59,049 nt of DNA from a virus, in the IMG/VR virus record IMGVR_UViG_3300020048_000003; one strand, written 5' to 3'. Positions within the stretch are counted from its first letter, which is position 1; every line of letters starts with the position of its first letter. Shown here piece after piece: positions 56,038 to 59,049 of the stretch. Below the pieces are notes generated by a model. That model did no database searches and was not told where the DNA came from. It worked only from the letters and a program-made list of their open reading frames with translations. Both the position numbers and the translations under genes were made by a program.

Positions 56038-56492
56038 AAATTATAATTATTTACAGCGTTATAAAATTCAAATTCTTCTTCAGATACCTTTTTTATAAGT
56101 TCAGGTATTTGTGTAAAGCCAGTTAATTTTGGTGTATTTTTCATTACATTATAAAAAAACAATACCCTATCAAGAAGAGCATCTGGAATTTTTGGTTTAG
56201 CGACAGTTTTTTCTAATTGCCAATCTTTTATGTTTATGTTTACTCTAAATTCAAACCACATATCTATATCTTCGTAGTAATGATCAATTTTATTTAACGT
56301 AAATAAATGATGTTTACCCTTTTTATTTTCACAATAAAAATTATATCCCATTGCATTTTCATGTGAATAAACGCGACAATCATTATTCATTGTTAAAAAA
56401 TCTATTAAATGTTTTACGAAATCTGGTAAGATATGACCATACCAACCAAGTGGTCTTTTTTCTAATATCTCAAATGTTCTAATATATCTCAT
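56034..56492 (-). CDS. array cassette protein
   Basis: N MRYIRTFEIL / C NAVNNYNL. Confidence 0.8.
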   Translation of the reverse strand: MRYIRTFEILEKRPLGWYGHILPDFVKHLIDFLTMNNDCRVYSHENAMGYNFYCENKKGKHHLFTLNKIDHYYEDIDMWFEFRVNINIKDWQLEKTVAKPKIPDALLDRVLFFYNVMKNTPKLTGFTQIPELIKKVSEEEFEFYNAVNNYNL

Positions 56493-56821
56493 AGATTATA
56501 TTTATTTACAGTACTTTTAAATTCTAAATCGTTTAGAAATTCCTCAACATCTTCTATTTCAGTTCCTAATTTTGTCATTTCTTGTACTCTCCATAAACTT
56601 ACCTCTCCCCATAGTTTGAATTTTTTTTGTTTTTCTGATTTAGTAGTAAAAACATAAAAACTACAATCTTTAGCAAATTCAACCATTCTAAAATCTTCTA
56701 TATCAGCACTTAAAATATGAGATATCAACTTTTCAAATTTTTCTTTATCATTATCTTTTGATAATGATTTACCATACCAATTCATTGTATTCTTATTTTC
56801 AAATAATTCTATGTATTTCAT
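56489..56821 (-). CDS. array cassette protein
   Basis: N MKYIELFENKN / C STVNKYNL. Confidence 0.8.
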   Translation of the reverse strand: MKYIELFENKNTMNWYGKSLSKDNDKEKFEKLISHILSADIEDFRMVEFAKDCSFYVFTTKSEKQKKFKLWGEVSLWRVQEMTKLGTEIEDVEEFLNDLEFKSTVNKYNL

Positions 56822-57114
56822 AAATTATAATTTCTTGTTGTTCTTTCAAATTCAAATTCTTCAATTTCCTCTGGGGTTAGTTTTCTTTCAACAGTATATT
56901 TATTATAAACTATTCTCTCATTATCTATTAGTTCTATTTCAACATTACCATATGGATAAACATTTACTACTTTACCCCTGTCAGGAATTTCAACAAAATC
57001 AACTCCATCAGTAAAACTCATATCATATAATTTAACATAATCTCCAACTTCACATTTAACCAAATCTGGTTCATCACGTTTTATAATAGTTTCAAATAAT
57101 TCTATGTATTTCAT
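56818..57114 (-). CDS. array cassette protein, mini-domain type; first (most upstream) gene of this array block
   Basis: N MKYIELFETII...EVGDYVKL / C TPEEIEEFEFERTTRNYNL. Confidence 0.8.
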   Translation of the reverse strand: MKYIELFETIIKRDEPDLVKCEVGDYVKLYDMSFTDGVDFVEIPDRGKVVNVYPYGNVEIELIDNERIVYNKYTVERKLTPEEIEEFEFERTTRNYNL

Positions 57115-57167
57115 TAAACAAACATCTATTTTATCTATATATTAAATATAAAAATTAATTTATAAAA
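57115..57167. promoter_or_regulatory. 53-nt AT-rich divergent intergenic region (candidate promoters for array block <-57114 and ->57168)
   Basis: Only spacer between divergent genes; no coding capacity. Confidence 0.3.
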
Positions 57168-57542
57168 ATGTCATATGAAAAAATATTTAATCCATCACAA
57201 CAAGATATTCAAGATATATCAAAAATATTCTCCATAGAACATATTGGAAATTCCAGAATAGATGGTTATCCTATGTTTAAAACAAAATATACCAATTATA
57301 CCGATTTAGATGAACTTAAAGAATTTTTTTCACTACAACTTATTCCTCTATTAGAAGATCATATAGCAGGATTTATGGCTACAGGATCCACAATAAATAT
57401 GATGCCTGGATTTCCTGCAGGTCAAAAAGATTTTATATTGTTAAAAATTAGCGGATTAAAAAAAGATTACAAACAATTTGTTCGTAGTGAAAAACTTAAA
57501 AAAATAGAAATACATTTTCAAGATGAAATATCAGGTAGTTGA
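57168..57542 (+). CDS. hypothetical protein (124 aa), + strand island
   Basis: ORF track; ATG start preceded by AT-rich spacer. Confidence 0.65.
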   Translation: MSYEKIFNPSQQDIQDISKIFSIEHIGNSRIDGYPMFKTKYTNYTDLDELKEFFSLQLIPLLEDHIAGFMATGSTINMMPGFPAGQKDFILLKISGLKKDYKQFVRSEKLKKIEIHFQDEISGS

Positions 57543-57720
57543 ACATATGTTTCCAGCATTAAAAAGTGTTATTGCTGTTAATTTAACTTTTAAAGAAGCA
57601 GAAGAATTATGCGAGAAATATTCTGATTGTGATGCTTATACTGATTTTGTTATTGAAGAAATGAAACAAACAATAAAAGAAAAAAGAAAAGAAAAATTAG
57701 AAAAAATTAGTTCTTTATAA
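57523..57720 (+). CDS. hypothetical small protein (65 aa) with C-terminal KEKRKEKLEKISSL tail
   Basis: ORF track; same lysine-rich C-tail motif as genes at 75-1378. Confidence 0.55.
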   Translation: MKYQVVEHMFPALKSVIAVNLTFKEAEELCEKYSDCDAYTDFVIEEMKQTIKEKRKEKLEKISSL

Positions 57721-58143
57721 ATTATATTTTTTAGCAGATTTTTTTAAAGCTCTATCAGCCAAATATTGATTAGTTTCAGGTACAACTCTTTCATACCATT
57801 CTTGATATTCAGGTGTTTTTTTCAACTTCTCAACATTATCTAATGTCATAATAACTGATACTTCTATTCCATATCCTGTTAATGAAAATTGTTCAATTGT
57901 ACCATATTTTTCCATATACTCATAAAATTTAGTAAAAATTGCAAAATCTACTGGCGTATATTTATTCCATGTTCCTTCTCTACCACCTTTTAAAAATTTT
58001 ATTTGAACACGCAAAAATTTAGGAGATTCTTTTTCTTGAACACCATTTATTTTATATCTGTCAAAAAATTTATCATAAAGAAAATCAGCAATTGGCTTCA
58101 CTCCTCTATAAATTTTTCTCTCATTGAATTTTTCTATTTTCAT
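57715..58143 (-). CDS. array cassette protein (degenerate N-tag MKIEKFNERK)
   Basis: C KSAKKYNL; ATGA overlap with upstream gene; convergent with + island. Confidence 0.75.
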   Translation of the reverse strand: MKIEKFNERKIYRGVKPIADFLYDKFFDRYKINGVQEKESPKFLRVQIKFLKGGREGTWNKYTPVDFAIFTKFYEYMEKYGTIEQFSLTGYGIEVSVIMTLDNVEKLKKTPEYQEWYERVVPETNQYLADRALKKSAKKYNL

Positions 58144-59049
58144 AATACTATCTTTCCATTTTTTACAAACCTATCAAAAAATACTTTTAATATTCCTGTT
58201 TTTGTATCATTAATCGGATCAAATCCTAAATATCCAACTCTTGGTTCCCATGAAAGATAAATTGCTGTTCCTTTATATTTATGCATTGTGAAATAACCTG
58301 TCATATCGTCAGGTACATTTTTATAAGCAACATCATCTTTTTCTGGAAATATCTGAACAATATATGATAATTTCTTATTCAATTTGTTATGTATTATTAT
58401 AAAATGATATCCTTTGTCTATATAACTTTGATAAATTCTTGGATATATTGTACACCATTGTGGATAATTTATGTAATTAGTTGCTTCAAAACTATCTGGC
58501 TTAAAAATTATCCAATCTTCATTTTCATAAAGAATCTGAACATCATCATCAAATCTTAATTTTTCTATGTTATCTTTACTTGATACTTTCTTAATATACC
58601 TGAACCATTCTTCTGGTTTTTTAAAAAGACTCATCATACCCCTAAGTTCATCCTTATTAATACTTCTAAAATTTAATTTTGCTATTTTATCTAAATAGTT
58701 CTGTTTCAATTCTTTCTTCAAAAAACCAGGAGCATACTCATCTACAAATTTGTTTACATCTGTAATATACAATTGTCTATCTACTTGATTATAAAATTGT
58801 TGTGGTGAGTTTACTAATGTATTCGTATCAATTTTTACATTTGATTTTAAAACTTTATCAAGATAATCTTTAATTTTTTCTAATTCAAGTTTTTGATTAT
58901 CAGATTTATACAAAATTAAAGTGAGAATATATAAAAGTCCAAGTTTACCTTTTTCTCTAACATATTCTTTTAGTTGATTATAATAAGTAGTATCTAAATT
59001 ATTTTTAACAACATAGTTATCAGCTTGTTGTAAATTTTCAAATAATTTA
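58140..59049 (-). CDS. array-family protein, 5' partial (continues past window end), about 300 aa
   Basis: Track ORF starts at a TTG, but the frame is open to the window edge; final + strand bases ttcaaataattta encode ...KLFE of the family N-tag; ends NGKIVL. Confidence 0.6.
   Translation of the reverse strand, partial: KLFENLQQADNYVVKNNLDTTYYNQLKEYVREKGKLGLLYILTLILYKSDNQKLELEKIKDYLDKVLKSNVKIDTNTLVNSPQQFYNQVDRQLYITDVNKFVDEYAPGFLKKELKQNYLDKIAKLNFRSINKDELRGMMSLFKKPEEWFRYIKKVSSKDNIEKLRFDDDVQILYENEDWIIFKPDSFEATNYINYPQWCTIYPRIYQSYIDKGYHFIIIHNKLNKKLSYIVQIFPEKDDVAYKNVPDDMTGYFTMHKYKGTAIYLSWEPRVGYLGFDPINDTKTGILKVFFDRFVKNGKIVL

Noticed and set aside
6954-57114. Regularly spaced ~40-nt direct repeats with variable intervening sequence. 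Considered a CRISPR array.
   Set aside because: The intervening segments are 250-1250 bp and are complete ORFs. Repeats are coding junctions without a CRISPR-repeat palindrome, and there is no leader or cas context. This is a gene-cassette array, not CRISPR.
6954-57114. Integron-like cassette array with attC sites
   Set aside because: Junctions lack the imperfect inverted-repeat (R''-L''...L'-R') architecture of attC and are in-frame coding sequence. No integrase or attI was seen in the window. Homologous recombination through the linker is a simpler explanation.

Overview
AT-rich window (about one quarter G+C by eye) from a large dsDNA virus or phage-like accessory region. Operon-style gene packing, 4-nt ATGA and 1-nt TAATG start/stop overlaps, GC-stem hairpins followed by T-runs, and no Shine-Dalgarno motifs upstream of any start all suggest a phage of a host that initiates translation without SD. 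The origin cannot be fixed from sequence alone. Positions 1-6950 carry about 25 small genes on both strands, including a DnaJ-type zinc-finger mini-protein, membrane proteins and a small family sharing a lysine-rich C-terminal tail (R-K-E-K-L-K-K-I). From 6954 to 57114, and again from 57715 past the window end, nearly everything is one co-directional minus-strand array of about 125 abutting ORFs (75-413 aa). Each ORF is bounded by the same ~40-nt junction element, + strand TTCAAATAnTTTTATATATTTCAT|AAnTTATATTTnTTTGC. This junction encodes the C-terminus (A/N)(K/N)KYNL-stop of one cassette and, overlapping by ATGA, the N-terminus MKYIKLFE (variants MKHLKIFE, MIKVFEKF, MITNFKIFE, MKTYEnFI) of the next. 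Cassette interiors are unrelated or only sub-family related: at least 12 ankyrin-repeat proteins, a vWA/MIDAS protein, a duplicated zinc-ribbon protein, many ~90-aa G-D-Y-V beta-rich mini-domains and three ~300-aa acidic paralogues. A 26-aa empty cassette holds only the two terminal motifs, and there are recent tandem duplicates. The array is broken by two plus-strand islands, three hairpin terminators and a 280-bp non-coding island carrying four 30-bp iteron-like direct repeats plus a terminator. Main hypothesis: a recombination-driven cassette accordion. The shared N-terminal tag resembles the T4 internal-protein capsid targeting sequence MKTYQEFIAE and its L-x-E protease site, so the array may encode virion-packaged, host-injected proteins. 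No rRNA, tRNA or CRISPR was recognised.
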